A DNA stretch of 64,000 bases, taken from NCBI RefSeq assembly GCF_009914755.1, contig NC_060932.1; one strand, given 5' to 3'. Positions 20,827 through 37,962 of the stretch are shown here, piece after piece. A program made the translations under genes and the position numbers. The notes below the pieces were generated by a model, which did not search any database, was not told where the DNA came from, and worked only from the letters and a program-made list of their open reading frames with translations. Source of the DNA: the human T2T-CHM13v2.0 reference genome, Homo sapiens. Every line of letters starts with the position of its first letter. The stretch's first letter is position 1.

Positions 20827-21361
20827 GCAAAAGTGACTTTCAAGGCCAAAGATCACAGATAAACAATTATGAACATGCAGGAACTCAGGGAATATTGTTC
20901 TTGTGATCCCATCCTGAGAAATCTACTGAAGACTGAGTTTCAGACAATCAGAATGATGACAGAAACATCAGTATGCATGGGCCAGTAGTGAGCATTAAAT
21001 ATACAGTTACTAGTAGCTGACAGACTACATGCAGGTTAAAAGGAAGGGAGGATAGTATGTAATGCATATATATTCTGACAACACAGATAAGGTAAAAGTG
21101 TAAAAAAAAAGTGGGGGGAAATATGTATGCTCTGTTCTCCAAAGAGTACTAGAAACAATGACTAATTTAGTAGCAATGAGCATTACTAACAACCAAAATG
21201 GGATCTTAAAATTCCACTTCCCATTGCAGAAACCAGGGTTTCTTGGAGAAATGGGCAATTTAGGGCAGAGAATGTACATGAGGAATCTTAAACATCCTGC
21301 TATCACAGATGGCAAGGAAACAATCAAAGACTATGAGGGTCACAATAAACGACCCAGAGGA

Positions 21362-21712
21362 CAATTAGTCCGTTTTCACACTGCTGATAAAGACATACTG
21401 AGACTGGGAAGAAAAATAGGTTTAATTGGACTTACAGTTCCACATGGCTGGGGAGGCCTCAGAATCATGGTGGGAGGTGAAAGATACTTCTTACATGGCG
21501 GTGGCAAGAGAAAATGAGGAAGAAGCAAAAGCGGAAGCCCCGATAAACCCATCAGATCTTGTGAGACTTATTCACTATCATGAGACTAGCACAGGAAAAA
21601 CTGGTCCCCATGATTCCATTATCTCCCCCTGGGTCCCTCCCACAACATGTGGGAATTCTGGGAGATACAATTCAAGTTGAGATTTGGGTGGGGACGCAGG
21701 CAAACCATATAA
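21362..21712 (-). mobile_element. THE1 (THE1A-like) MaLR solo LTR
   Basis: attagtccgttttcacactgctgataaagacata ... gagatttgggtggggac..caaaccatat. Confidence 0.88.
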
Positions 21713-21944
21713 ACACCTGACAAGGCTTTCAGTGTTCAAAGATGGGACAATTCCAGCTGAAACCACCACCACCACCCAGTGGGTTGAAACCATGCAGTAT
21801 TTCAGAGGGGGCTGTGATTGGACTGGAGCTTTTGAGTTGCTGGGAATGTTCTCTTCCTTGACCAGGGGTGTGGCTTTAAGAGTGGTTGCTTTATAATAAT
21901 TTATTAAGCAATATATTAGTTTTGTGTGTTTTGATATCTGTGGG

Positions 21945-22238
<294 letters not shown>

Positions 22239-22530
22239 ATATCTGTGCTTTATATTACAATAAAAAGGTTAATTTAAAAATCAGAAGAATTGATGTCAAA
22301 AAAATATTACAGCAGGAATGAAACACTGATAGAAAGCTTGGGAAATAAAGGGAATTTTGCGGAAGAACAAACAAAAAGAAAAACAGAGATGGAAAAGAGA
22401 AGAGAAAAATATTTAAATGACAATCTAAGAGGTTCAGCATCTAATAGCAAGAGTTGCAGAAAGAACACAGAAAATGGGGGTAGAAAACTTTTTTTTTTAA
22501 ACCAGAATCAAAATTCTTCATTTTCTAAAT

Positions 22531-22739
22531 TGGGAATTGGCAAACCTTTTCCATAAGTGGCTGCAGATATTTTAAGCTTTGCAGATCACATATAGTCTCC
22601 ACCACAACTATTCAACTTAGCCGTGTAATAGCATACACAATATGTAAACAAGTGTGGCTGTGTTCTGATAAAACTTTATAAAAACAGTGGTGGGCCAGAT
22701 CTGGCCCAAAAACAGTGCTGGCCTTAGTTGCCACTCCTG
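22531..22739 (+). mobile_element. MER58A-like hAT-Charlie MITE
   Basis: MER58-like body; exact 8-bp TSD ttctaaat at 22523-22530 / 22740-22747. Confidence 0.8.
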
Positions 22740-23332
22740 TTCTAAATTGAAAGGGCCCACTAAGTACTCAGCACATGAATGAAACGGCTTCAGTAAGAAC
22801 CATCATCATGAACTCAAGGAATAAAGACAAGATTCTAAAAGCTATCATATGGGAATCAAGAGGTACAAACTAAAGATCTAGGTTCAAAATAGCATTGGAC
22901 ATTTCAACAGCACTCCTGGAAGCTAGAAGGAAATATAATGTTTTCAATATTGTAAGAGAAAATTGTATCTAATGTAGATTTCTATCAAATAGTTTGAGGG
23001 TTATTTCTACCAAATAGTTTTAGATGTGCAGATCTACTGCCCACCCCACACACTTCCCACACACTCTTTGTGTGGGAAAATTTACTTCCCACACACTCTT
23101 TGGCAGGGAGTTACTGGAGGATGTGGCCTGAAAAATGAAGGAGTAAACAAGAAAAAGGAAGATCCAGAAAACAGAATAAAGAAGCAAAGAAGTCTTCGGG
23201 ATAATGGTGAGGAAAATCCTCAGCTGAAAGCCATGGCATTGGGCCCAAGACAGCTGACATCAGAGAGAGAAGGCTGGGGAGAGGACTTTTCAAGGAGATA
23301 AAAGTTGTCAGAATACCTATGGAGACTGAACA

Positions 23333-23856
23333 TGATGGGTGGCAGGATATGCCACCCTACAATATGCCACTTCAGCATAAAGGTTATTTTGAGGTAAAGG
23401 CACCTGAAAAACAGCAGGTGCAGGAAGAGCTCTCTGCCCTCCTCTTTTTCTTCCTGAAAGGAGATGACATCCCCATATGGAAGATGTCCTCCATATAGCA
23501 GGAGGAAAGTAACATTTTTATCTGTAGGGAAAGGGAATGGAGTTCGAGAAAAACCTGTACCAGCAAACCTTGTTAAACCCTGATCTTCCCAGTCACTTCT
23601 CCACCCAATTGACTGCCCTAGCCCAAGTCCCCTTCCCTTGTCACACTTTCCCAATGTCCTGCTCTTTGTCCAACTCGGTGTCTGTGTTCAACTCTAACTG
23701 TTCCTTTGGGTCTTCATTCTCCTGTGCAGACTCTTACATATATGTAACTTAATAAAATGTGTGTACCTTTCTTCTGTTAACCTGTTTTATGTCAGTTTAA
23801 TTCTTAGGCACAACTGGACACCCTAAGAGGGTAGAGGAGAAATTTAATTACTTACA
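23333..23856 (+). mobile_element. MER34-like ERV1 solo LTR
   Basis: TG...CA ends, gatatgccaccc..aatatgccactt start, AATAAA near 23751, 4-bp TSD aaca. Confidence 0.75.
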
Positions 23857-24959
23857 AACATATTGAGGAGAGACAAGTAGGGAAAGAGTATAGAGACAAT
23901 AGGTACATAAAACAACTAGACAAATAAGAAAACAAGGTAATTAACTCAAGGGAAAACAAAAAGTTGCACAAGATAGAAAAAATAATCCTAATAATCTTAT
24001 ATGGCCGGTGAATTGCATTTATACAGCCATAATAATGGAAACACTGAATTAAGATTTAACCAGAGTAGCACATATGTCAAATCGTTCCTATGCTTTTTAC
24101 CCTTGTTTCTTTAGCAACAAAATATCAATGATCCATTTTCATTACCTTCTACATAAACAGATACATGAAGATTTTCTTATTCACTTTCTTAGGTACACAT
24201 AGTGAACTGCTTTAGGTTTTGCAATATTTATTCTATACATATTTACTGAGCACTGACTGTGGTCTCAGGACTTAAGTCACATAAGGGGAATGACACGCAT
24301 AATATAGGGCTTCTGTTCACACTGTGCTTAAGTCTAAGAAAAATTTAATAGTACAGGGCAACAGGATGCCAAAAGCCTCGAGTCATCCTTGCCTACAGGC
24401 TGGCCTTCCCTCCCAGAAGGGCCTCAACAATACACTACAAATGCAAATCTCAAGATCTTATGCACACCTCCTCTCCTCCTTCCCCCAACTTTAATGATTC
24501 ACCAATACATTGAGGATAAAATCCAAGGCTCTCAGCATGACTTCCTAAGGCCCTTCTTTATCTGGGTGCTGCTTCTGCCTGTACTGTCTATACTGGGCTT
24601 TTCTAGTGCAAGGCCCTGCCTGCCTGCACCCCACCTACCTAAGTCCCTCTGTCTTCTACATTTTGAGTGGACAACACTTACTTGCTCTTGCTTAAAACCT
24701 AAACACACTTGTCACTTTCTCTCAGATCTTGTGACCCCAGTCTAGGCCAGGTGCTCACTCACGTGCTCTTTGGGAAGGCTGGCTGGCCCTGAGTCTGGCA
24801 GGAGTACAGGGAAGTGGCACAGAAGCCCACTTTGGACTGAGGCCGCCGCAGGGGCTGCTGCTCCTGCATCTGTTACCTCCACATCCCCATAACTCACGAC
24901 TGCCTGCTTTGAGGAAGGAGAGATTTCTCTCAGAGGCACTAGGAAATAATGGAAAAAAG

Positions 24960-25140
24960 AGAATTTACAACCAGAGAAGTCTAGGTTTACATCTGGGAGT
25001 TAGCTCTTCACCTCCAAGCCTCAGTTTCCTCATCTATAAAATGGAGAGAATACTACCTTCCTTTGAGAGTTTCTCTGCAATGGGGAAATGATATATAATA
25101 TAATGCATGTGAAATGTCTGGTGCAGAAGAGATGCTGAGT
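24960..25140 (+). mobile_element. MIR
   Basis: aagcctcagtttcctcatctataaaatggagagaata core. Confidence 0.75.
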
Positions 25141-26149
25141 CAAGGTTTGTCTCCAGCCCTGCTCCAACACAGCCCCAGAAGCACATGCATTTCCCTACAA
25201 TACTGCAGTGGACTCCAACCCAGGGTGATTGACTCTGACGAGCAGCAACGATTCTGAACTTTACAGGACTCAAGGAAAAACCCAAGGTTCTACCTAGCTT
25301 TGACTCCTCCTTTAAGTTCTCAGGATCAGGCAGCCCTGGGGCTTGAACCTCCTGGGGCTGCCCTGCACAGAAAATGAAGACCTCTCACTCTGGGCCCGGT
25401 AGGAGCCAAGGAGTTTCTTGACTTAATAATGCCAGAGCTGGAAGGCTGTCATGGGAGTGGCTAGAGAGCAGGGACCGTGATGGATAATGATGAATAACAC
25501 TTGCAACCCCAAGCACATCTCTCCATTCAGCTGAATTTCTTTCACATTGTCCCCAGCTTTGCCAGGGCCCTGCAACAGTCATTTCTTTTAAAGGCTGACT
25601 AGAAAGTCACACACAAGGCCAGAACTATACCTGCTTTCTTTCTGCGATTTTCCTTACCCATTATTTGACAACCAGTACTGCCATTACCCAGAACACCATA
25701 CCACGTGGGCTTTCCTTCCTGCTAGCTCTGTCTTCTCTTGATGGCCCTTCCCAGCACAGCCTCCCCTTTCCATCTAGGACAACGTCCTGTGAAAATTCAG
25801 CAAGATTAAGAACTGGAACAGCCTTGCTCAAAAAGAGGCTTTGGTCACTTTAATATTTTCACTGTGTGCTGGAGATGAAACAGTCTTATATTCACCCTAT
25901 TGAGTACTAGCAGCGTTCTGACCAAGCCCTTAGAAGGGAAAGTGGAAAGCATGAAGATGCAAAGCATCTACAACTTTTGTCCTCAATAACCCAGAACTTA
26001 TTTCTAGAGAAATTACTGGTGTTTCAAGTACGGACACAATTTACTTAAGCAAAACAAAAGGCTCCTGAAGATCCAGGTATATTTCAGCCTGAATCTTTCC
26101 CATCTTTCCTTTTAAAGTAAATGGCATGGAAATCATAAACTTACGTTCT

Positions 26150-26230
26150 ACAATCAGAATGATGACAGAAACATCAGTATGCATGGGCCAGTAGTGAGCA
26201 TTAAACATACAGCTACTAGTAGCTGACAGA
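26150..26230 (+). repeat. 81-bp direct copy of 20944-21024
   Basis: 79/81 identical by eye. Confidence 0.93.
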
Positions 26231-26693
26231 AGAAAGCATTTGTTTATACAGAAATTTTCACTACAGATGATTTTTGCTAATCAGATACATAGAACACTGT
26301 ATTTAGAAGAACAGTCTTGTTAAATATGCCTTTTGTTTTGTATTTTATTAATACCCACTGAAAAGAGTAATGTGTATCTTTTTTCCTATTGTATCATATG
26401 ATTCACACAGCAACACTTTTTTCATTTTTGTCTCCTCAGCACTGAGCATAGTGCCCAATATAAATGACACTCAAAAGAAAAAAAGTTCAGTTGCTATCCC
26501 AGGAAAAAAAAGAACCAGCAATGCAATTATCAACGTGTCCCGTCTGAACTGCACCATGTTTGGGTAGAGGTGAGCCCTCTAACTGTGAGAGGTGGTGAAA
26601 AAAATCAAGGAGGAGCTCAGGGGTAACCCGGAGGAGGAAAGCCAAGCCGTCCCACTGCCTCTGGTCCAGTCTGACCTGCCCGGTTCAGGGTTT

Positions 26694-26890
26694 TGTGGCA
26701 GGCGCTTCTGCCATGGCTCCAAGTGACCCCTACCCACAGGATTCACCCCCTTGTGGAATCCTCTCCTCCTGAGTGTGAGGTAGATCAAGTGGCTTGCTGC
26801 TAACATGACAAAGATGATGATGGGCTGTCACTTCAGTGATTAGGTTACAAAAGACTAGGACTTCTATCTTGCTCGCTTTCTTGCCTGCTT
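26694..26890 (+). mobile_element. MLT1 (MLT1F-like) LTR fragment
   Basis: tgtggcagg..atggctcc..ttcacccccttgtggaatcctctcctcctgagtgtg..gattaggttacaaaagact. Confidence 0.65.
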
Positions 26891-28569
26891 GGAATGGTCT
26901 CTTTTTCCTCATTCAAACCCTACTCAATCTGCCTAGCCCAGCCTAAGTCTTGCCATTTGGCATCTATTTTTTTGCTTGACAAGCTCCTTGAGTAGAGCGA
27001 CTAAATCTTAAACTTTTTTGGGCATTTTTCTACAAACTTAGAATACCAGGCATTTGGTAGTTACTCAACAAGTAAGTGAAGTTCTCTGAATTTCATATTT
27101 CTGCCCACAAAGTCCTTTTGCTGACATCCTCTTTTATTCTTTCTAGATATTTAGTTACTTTGTTGTGCTTCCTCTATCTCCTAACACATCTTGTCTAACT
27201 TAGCTTTCCCAGAAACTCTCCTTATGCTTACTTGAGGTCCTAATTACAGAGAGGCATTTATAGAGCCATTTAAAGCCATTAGGATTATTGGCTGATTTTG
27301 GATAAGAAGGATAAGGAAACCCAGAGGGAACTAGTTCTGTTTTTTCTGGCTTTCTAATTTATCAAAGTCAAGTTCTCAGAGTCTAAATGTTTCATAAGTA
27401 CTTTCTAAAGGATTTCATTGTTTTGCTTTGTTCTTACCACACTTGAGTGCCTGAAGAACTTCTTTCCCAGGGCTCTGACATGATGCCAAAGCTCTGCGGC
27501 CTCTTCCTTCATCCTGCCAGCAAAAGCAGCACACTTTTGTGTTTTTATTAAATATTAAAACTTTTAAGTCCAGAAGGACCACTTGGAAGGTGGTAAGTAA
27601 AAAACTGGCTGGGCATTAAGTGTATGTTGAATGAATAAATGAATGAATAAGTGAATGAACAAAATTAATGTAAGGACAGAATACAAAGAAGATAGGAATC
27701 AGGAAAGTTCCCTGCCTGACTCTCATCACAGCAAAGGGCTTAACATGCCTGTGGGGGCTAGGGTAGACTGGGCATGTTGGCAGAATAAGGACACATATGG
27801 AGTTTCTGGAGCCTCAAAATGAAGTATGTTTCAATATTAACCAGAAACTAGGTTACAACCCCTGATGTTTATTTTAGATCAAATTATTGCTTAAAAAAAT
27901 GGCAATTGCTTAGGCTACCAAAGCATGACAGGAACGACTCTTGAGAGCAACTCAACTATCTTTGCTCTAATCCTATGCTCATGGAAAAATTTCTTATCCA
28001 TAATTTGAGGTCTTAAGTGGACTTCCTGGCCAGCATAGAGTGTCCTGGATAGAGAAGCCACTCTAGTTCTGGAGCCACTCAGAGGTCTTACTTTAAAGTG
28101 ATTAATTGGGATTTTTGTTTGTCACTCAACATCCTGGGAGTCTGGTCAGCATGAATCAGTCCCTCAGAGGCTAATCAACTCCGAGTGAAATGAAACGGTG
28201 AAGTGACCAGAATCGCAAAGCCCAACCAGCTGTGATTACTCCGTCAAAGCACTGCCGCTCTCTGAGGGCCTGCCTTAAGGAGCCTCTCTCTGGACATCTT
28301 TTAGAACTCTAACACAAGTGGACTTAGAGATAATTTAATTCTTATTTTACAGAAAAGGAGATTGAGTCTGAGAGTCTGAGTGACAGTGACAACTAACTAC
28401 AGGTAACAGTGGAATTTGAAAACAGTTTTCCTTCTGTCCACTTAGCTACCTTGCTTTCGTCAGAAAGGCAGTGTCTGAAAGTAAATTAGGCTGCAGAAGA
28501 CAGATGTATTCTAGTTAACAAAAGCAGATTATGTAAGCCACGTATCTTATTAAAAGAGACAAGGACACT

Positions 28570-28790
28570 GGCATTTATTGAGCACCTACTGTGTGACTGG
28601 CATTGTTTTAAGAACTTAATCATACCACTCATTTAGTCCTTACAACAATCCTATTAAGTTGTTAATATCACTTCTATTTTATGAAGGAGGAAACAGAGCC
28701 TAGAAGAAATAAGTTGCCACAACTACCAAGAAACAGATCTGAAATTCAAATACCAGTCTATTTGACCTCCGAGCACACACTTCTATCTTC
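28570..28790 (-). mobile_element. MIR
   Basis: catttattgagcacctactgtgtg..ctattttatgaaggaggaaacagagcctaga. Confidence 0.75.
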
Positions 28791-28868
28791 TCTTCCTATC
28801 ATAGAGTTAGTTGATAAATTCCTGTATGCATACCCAAGGAGCGTCAGAGCGGAGGAACTTCAACTTGA

Positions 28869-29177
<309 letters not shown>

Positions 29178-30518
29178 TAAGTCTTCCGTAAGGTATGAAG
29201 CCACATTTTAAGTTGTAAGTATTAAAAAGTGCCATAAAAATTCAGCCAAGACTATATCAATGCTTCATTGCTTAATGCTTGCATGAGGATGACAATATCT
29301 TGTAATGATTTATCCTTATTGTAATTATAGATTTCTAATCTTATAAAAAATATTAGTTTTATACAAAAAAAGTACTAGAGGTGGGGTTACTTTCTTAAGT
29401 GGAATATCTTGCTTTACATTTTCCCATTAAAAACCTAAACTTAAGTGAGTGTGGGAAAGTCAGAGACCCAGAATTACATTGTGAGGGATTCTCCTTTTCC
29501 TTCCCTTCAAAATCCATCTCTTTTTCAAGAGTAAACTGCAATGTCAAAGTTAGGAAGAAGGATGACTTAACTTCTTTGATATAAATCTCAAGGAGCACTG
29601 TCAACTGAGGCAGGAAGTTACACAGCTGCCAAAAAGTAGGAGTAATAGTTTTTTTTTGGTACGTGTACTAATAATAAATCAAATGCTAATTCAAGCTAAC
29701 TTCAAATGATTTATGAGAATTTGTCAGATTCTTCTGAGTTTGAAAGTTTCTAATTTACTGTTTTCTTTAGTTGATAGTTTTATTAGTAATGTAAGCTACT
29801 AAGATGTATTAATTCTAGGCACTTGACAAGATCTGCTTTGAGGCTGCCTATATATAGTATAATTCAAAAATTAGGGGCTCAAGCCTCAAATCGAATACCT
29901 CTCAAAGTACCTCTCTAAGAGCTACTTTGCTCAGATCATACGGGATTTGATTCTAATGTAGAAGTCAACATTTCTAAAAAGATTTTTTAAAAGTCACATT
30001 TACAACATCTAGACTTTGAGCTTCTAAGGAAGGCTTGGCAGCTGTGGGCTCACATTCCCATATGGCCACGATCGCTGGAGCTACGAGTCAGCTGCCCCTA
30101 TACAGAGGTGTGGTCACCGGTCCACATTTTCCACCAGCCCATCTCACTCCTGTGTGTACCTTCCCCAGCCCTGTAGGCATTGTAGACCTGTGATCCCTAC
30201 TTTGGAAGACCTGGACAGGCAAAGCACAAGAATGAAGAAAAAAAAAAAAAGAGTGAAAACATACAGAGAAGACAGATAGAGCCTATATAATGGGAAAAAT
30301 TTCCGTGAACTAGATAGCAAAAAGCAGCGTTTGTCAATGTAGCATGCTGCAGTAGTTTGGGACATTAGATATTAACTAGCTTGTGATAGAGATAAATCTA
30401 AAGGTGATGTAAATCCCTTAGCACAAACATTACCCAAATGCAGCACTTTTAGAACTCTGGTCCAAGATTAAATTCTAGGTGAATATTTTAAAAGAACTCT
30501 TTCATTTGATGCCAATTA

Positions 30519-30836
<318 letters not shown>

Positions 30837-31169
30837 GCTCTTCAAATTCTTCTACCACTTCTAGTATTTATGCTGAGTTTATCTAGGAGAAAAAGAGGAC
30901 ACAGCTATGGAGTGTCTCTTTCACACCTCAGTATGTTTTCCAATAATTAGACTCTTCCCTTTCTCTACCAATAACTATGGCTCATCTCATGCTCAAAAAT
31001 CAAAACACAATCATTGGCCAGGATGAGAATCAAAGATGGCCTTCTCCAATAGCGCAAGTTACTACTCTCCTTGCTCCTCTACCAAGTTAGTCTCAACAGT
31101 TTCTGATTTTTGCCCACCAGGTGGGCAAATATATTTCAACTAGCAGCTTCTTTTAAAAGGGAGATTTCC

Positions 31170-31657
31170 ATTCTATTATAAAGATACATGCAAGTGTATG
31201 TTCATTGCAGCCCTATTCACAATAGCAAAGATATGGACTCAACCAAAATGCCCATCAATGACAGACTGGATTAAAAAAATGTGGTACCTATACACCATGG
31301 AATACTATGCAGCCATAAAAAGGAATGAGATCATGTCTGTTGTAGGGACATAGATGGAGCTGAAGCCATTATCCTCAGCAAACTAACATAGGAACAGAAA
31401 ACCAAACACCGCGTGTTCTCACTTTTAAGTGGGAGCTGAACGAGAACACATGAACACAGGCAGGGGAACAACACACACTGGGGCCTCTCAGGGAGTGTGC
31501 GGGGGAAGGGGGAGCATTGAGATAAACAGCTAATGCATATGGGGCTTAACACCTAGGTGAAGGGTTGATAGGTGCAGCAAACCACCATGGCACATGTTTA
31601 CCTATGTAACAAAACTGCATGTCCCACACACCTATCCCAGAACTTAAATTTTTTTTA
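31170..31657 (+). mobile_element. L1PA (older) 3' end fragment
   Basis: ORF2 end plus 3'UTR; TSD aaaaggga(ga/gc)tttcc at 31155-31169 / 31658-31672. Confidence 0.85.
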
Positions 31658-31864
31658 AAAAGGGAGCTTTCCTCTGCATCTTAGGAAATACCTTTCAGGC
31701 CCCTCCCTAGCCTTCTCCTCCTTTAGCCTCATTCATACTCTCCGTAATGTAGGTGGCACTTCTTTTGTGTGGCCAAATGGGAGGCAAAGGCAAAATGCTG
31801 AGGACTTTGTCCAAGGTCACAAGAGAAAAGGTGAAATAAGGATTTGGGGCTTCCTAAGACTTGA

Positions 31865-32190
<326 letters not shown>

Positions 32191-32714
32191 AAGAAATACT
32201 GACTTTAGAACACTATTTGTGGTGTGCCAAAATTATTTGCAGCAAATCACTATAAAGGGTTTACATTTAAGAGGAAGAAGGGAAGCCAGAGCACACATGT
32301 TCCATGGGAAAGAAAACAAAGTCCTGAGGTTTCTAAGAGGGAGATGTAGGGAACTGGGGTCCTGTCCAGTCCAGTGGGCACACAGGAGAGAAAAGAAAAG
32401 AAGGGAGGTATCAGAACCGAGGGCAAGAGAAAAGGGAGCTGGGAACAAGAATGTGGTACTGCACCAGGGCAGTCAGATCAAGGAGGCCATTCACATACAC
32501 ACCAAAGACTTATAAATGCACATGTCCAGAAAATGTTTCCTAATGTGAAGCCACGCCCACACCATACATCCCCAAACAAGGAAACAGACATTCAAAAGAT
32601 CCTTAAAACACAGGAGAAAGTGTGCACAGATAAGCCTACTTCCTCGTCCCCTGACACAAGAAGCGGCTGACACGCACATGAGAAGAGGCATGTGTGTGTG
32701 CATAAGAGGTGGCC

Positions 32715-33260
32715 CAGCAAATGGGTTAGGAGTATGGACCCTGCAGCCAGGCTAGCTGGCTGTCTGGGTTTGAATCCAGATCCTGCCACTCACTAGCTGT
32801 GCGACCTTGGGCAAGTTACTTAATCTCTCTGTGTCAGTTTTCTCTCCTGTAAAAAAGTAATAACACTGCCTGGGTGTGGTGGCTCATGCCTGTAATCCCA
32901 ACACTTTGGGAGGCTGAGGTGGGCAGATCACGAAGTCAGGAGTTCAAGACCAGTCTGGCCAATATGGTGAAACCCCATCTCTACTAAAAATACAAAAATT
33001 AGCTGGGCATGGTGGCGCTCACCTGTGGTCCCAGCTACTTGGGAGCCTGAGGCAGAAGAATTGCCTGAACCTTGGGAGGCAGGGGTTGCAGTGAGCCGAA
33101 ATTGCACCACTGCACTCCAGCCTGGGAGACAGAGCGAAACTCCATCTCAAAAAAAAAAGGAGTAACACCACTACCTACCTATCTACCTATTTATTAAAGG
33201 AATAAATAAATTAACACATTTAGAAGGTGCCTGGCACACAAGTGTTACATAAGTAAAATA
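32715..33260 (+). mobile_element. MIR interrupted by an Alu
   Basis: ctgggtttgaatcc..ctgccactcactagctgtgcgaccttgggcaagttacttaatctctctg. Confidence 0.75.
32867..33158 (+). mobile_element. Alu (S)
   Basis: Dimer with A-tail. Confidence 0.93.
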
Positions 33261-33525
33261 AATAACATGTGTACAAAGGAATGCACGGAGGAGACTCATG
33301 CTCAAGCTCCGAAATAGTCACTATAGAAAAAGTGTATTCCTCTAGCTACATATTTATATTCTAATCAAAAGAAGATCTGCAAAAACTAAGACATTCTAAT
33401 GTTGAAATAAGCAGATGACTACAAATCACTGATCTAGAGGGAAAGAGAAATCAGTGCCAACTGGAAAAAAGTGGACATGGGTAGGAGCATATGGAACGTA
33501 AACTGCCTAAGAAATTATAAGACTA

Positions 33526-33988
<463 letters not shown>

Positions 33989-34129
33989 TTAATATCCACA
34001 GGGGTACTCTGTTGCCAATTTAAATAAGAGATCATGGAAGTGGAATCAAGCTGCTGCTTCTACCATGTTTCTCCTTACTTCATCTCTTTCAGCCTGGTTT
34101 CTGGACCTAGCACTCTACGGCAACTCACC

Positions 34130-35335
<1,206 letters not shown>

Positions 35336-35477
35336 TAACCCTTTCATGTATTAGGAAAAAGAGAATCTTTAATATAACCAAATCATTGTTTAAGCATAGA
35401 GGAAGAAATCAAATGAGACTGCTTTGCAAAGCACCTGGCTCTACAGTCTCTTGGTAAGAGAGTGGTCTGTTCCTCAC

Positions 35478-35564
35478 CTCTGAATGTCCTTATTCTTCCA
35501 CAAGGAGGCAGACTGAGCCTTTGGCACTCTTTCAATGAAATTCACCAGCTCTTCCATGAGAAGC
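35478..35564 (-). CDS. INTS9: INTS9 exon 6 (87 bp)
   Basis: aactcag / GAG|gtgagg; encodes (R)[28 protein letters not shown](R). Confidence 0.96.
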
Positions 35565-35997
35565 CTGAGTTTAAACAAAACAAGTGAGGAACACCCATTA
35601 AAAAATTAGAGAAACACCCCATACTCTAACAGTTGGCCAGGAGAAATGACTTGCCCACCTCCCCCTACACCATTTCATCATCATCTTCCTCTCTGCTGCA
35701 CATAAACTTGATCACCATTTGATATAAAGTTAAACAAAATCCTCACTTTCTTATTGCATTTCCATGCTAAAAATTCTGAACTTAAATAATTTAATTCACC
35801 TTTAAAACAAGGCTGGCCTGTTTCTTGTCTCTAATCATAGAAATCCACAAGCTTGTTTTAACTCTCACTCTAAGATCTCTACTTTTATGTTACTGAAAAT
35901 ATATAGGGAGAAGTTAAATGACTGTCAGGTATCTAATTTTGGTGACGTAGTAGGGTGTGGGCAGGACTGTTTTTTTTTAAATGACAATATTAAGTGA

Positions 35998-36297
<300 letters not shown>

Positions 36298-37822
36298 TAA
36301 ATGAACATTTTAAATGGATAAAATAAGTTTTCTTGATATGTTTTAGGAATTAGCAAAATTCCATGTGGAAGAATACTCCAAGGACAAATGGAGTACGCTG
36401 CTAAATGCAGAAGACTAGCTCTCTCTGAGATGAGACGGAGTACCACAGAACCAGGGATGAGGAATCTAAGAAATGCTGCGCTATCAGTTAGATCAAGATA
36501 CACAGGCTTTGGGGATTCACAGGACAGAGAACTGCGGGAATTCTTGATGGCCAGAGGATGACCACAAAGGTAGAAATGGATTTGACACCTTGAATCTCCA
36601 TTCCTAATCTAATATTCGTGATCCATATTGACTTAAATCCCCTCCAAGTTAACATATACATACTGGTAAGCCATTAATGTATTAGCATTTGAAAACTAAA
36701 CAACTTCATTTCATTCTCATTTATTTATTTTGGCCTAATACCATCTCCTCCTTCCATCTTGAAGGAAGAGTGCTAATTTCAACATCTCAAGACCTGTGAT
36801 TCAGGCTCACTGGTGTCCTGGATGTAGCTTTCATAGGAACAGTTTGGTGTGCTGATCCTCACTGCTTTAACTTTTCCAGACTAGAGGCTAGTTTTTTAGC
36901 TTATCCTCTCAACTGAAACCAGTGCATCACTTCGAGTGTTTTACTTTCCTATGAGAGCCCTTCCTCAGCTCCCTAATGGTTACATACACAGTGCAGGTAA
37001 TATGGTTTGACATAAAAACAAGAAAACACATTATTTCATCTGCAAGGCTCTAGAATCCAACCTAGGAGTCTATAGCAATTCTTAAGTCTCACATTTTGGA
37101 ACCTGACAGTTTCAACTTATACCGTACTTATTAATTTATTTCAAAAAAAATAAATTGACAAATTTTTTTTTCTGGAGTAATTTTCTTTACCTAATTCCTC
37201 ACTAAATGATACTATTGTTACTTGTGGTAACCACCTGTGTCACAAAGGCTTAGTAGAAGCAGAGAAAGGGATGGCAGAGGCTTCTTAGAGTCAAAGGAAA
37301 ACTGCAGTTTTACTCCTAGACTGCTCAGTTTCACTCTGTCAACAGCAGAGACAACTTAACCATCTATTTACTTATCTATCCTGTATTTTCTACAAGCTGT
37401 CTCCATTTATAGTCTACAACAAACCACAAAAAGGGGGAATTTTTGAAAGCAAAGCAATAAAATTTCTTCTTCTTAAAGATGCTACACTCTTTCCCTCTGA
37501 AGCTCTCTGCCTTGCATCTTTGTGGCATCTTTCTAAACATTACCTCCCCTAATTAGTATTCTCTGTACAGAGGAGCCGTCTCCATGAACTCCTTCCAATT
37601 AATTTATAAGAAAAAAGACCAACAAGACTACTTGCACCATCAATCCTTAGGCATTTCCAATGAACATTCCTCATCTAGAGAGTCGCTTACTCCTGCCTGT
37701 TCTTTGGGTTAGTTGTTCAGAAGGAACTAACCACCAGCCCTGGTATAATACTGTGATAGCGTCATCACTGAGGGAGGAGCTCCGCAGTCACATCCTAGCA
37801 GGGTCAGAATCAACCCTCTCAC

Positions 37823-37962
37823 CTGCCGATCTGGACGGTGGGTTCCGTGGCATACACTGTGCCTGTGAAGCCGGTGTGCTCGGTGATGTATGGCAGCGCC
37901 ATCATACAGTGATAGTTAGAGATGAGAATCACATCTACTGTAGACAGATCTATTAGCTCCGT
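37823..37962 (-). CDS. INTS9: INTS9 exon 5 (140 bp)
   Basis: ttcttttcag / CAG|gtgaga; encodes [46 protein letters not shown](R). Confidence 0.97.

Noticed and set aside
20953-21020. C/D box snoRNA (ATGATGA...CTGA)
   Set aside because: Antisense to the host gene, no terminal stem, and embedded in L1-derived sequence; kept only as a side note
22692-22707. 16-bp palindrome gggccagatctggccc
   Set aside because: Explained by the MER58 subterminal palindrome
37660-37956. 98-aa plus-strand ORF
   Set aside because: Antisense shadow of INTS9 exon 5
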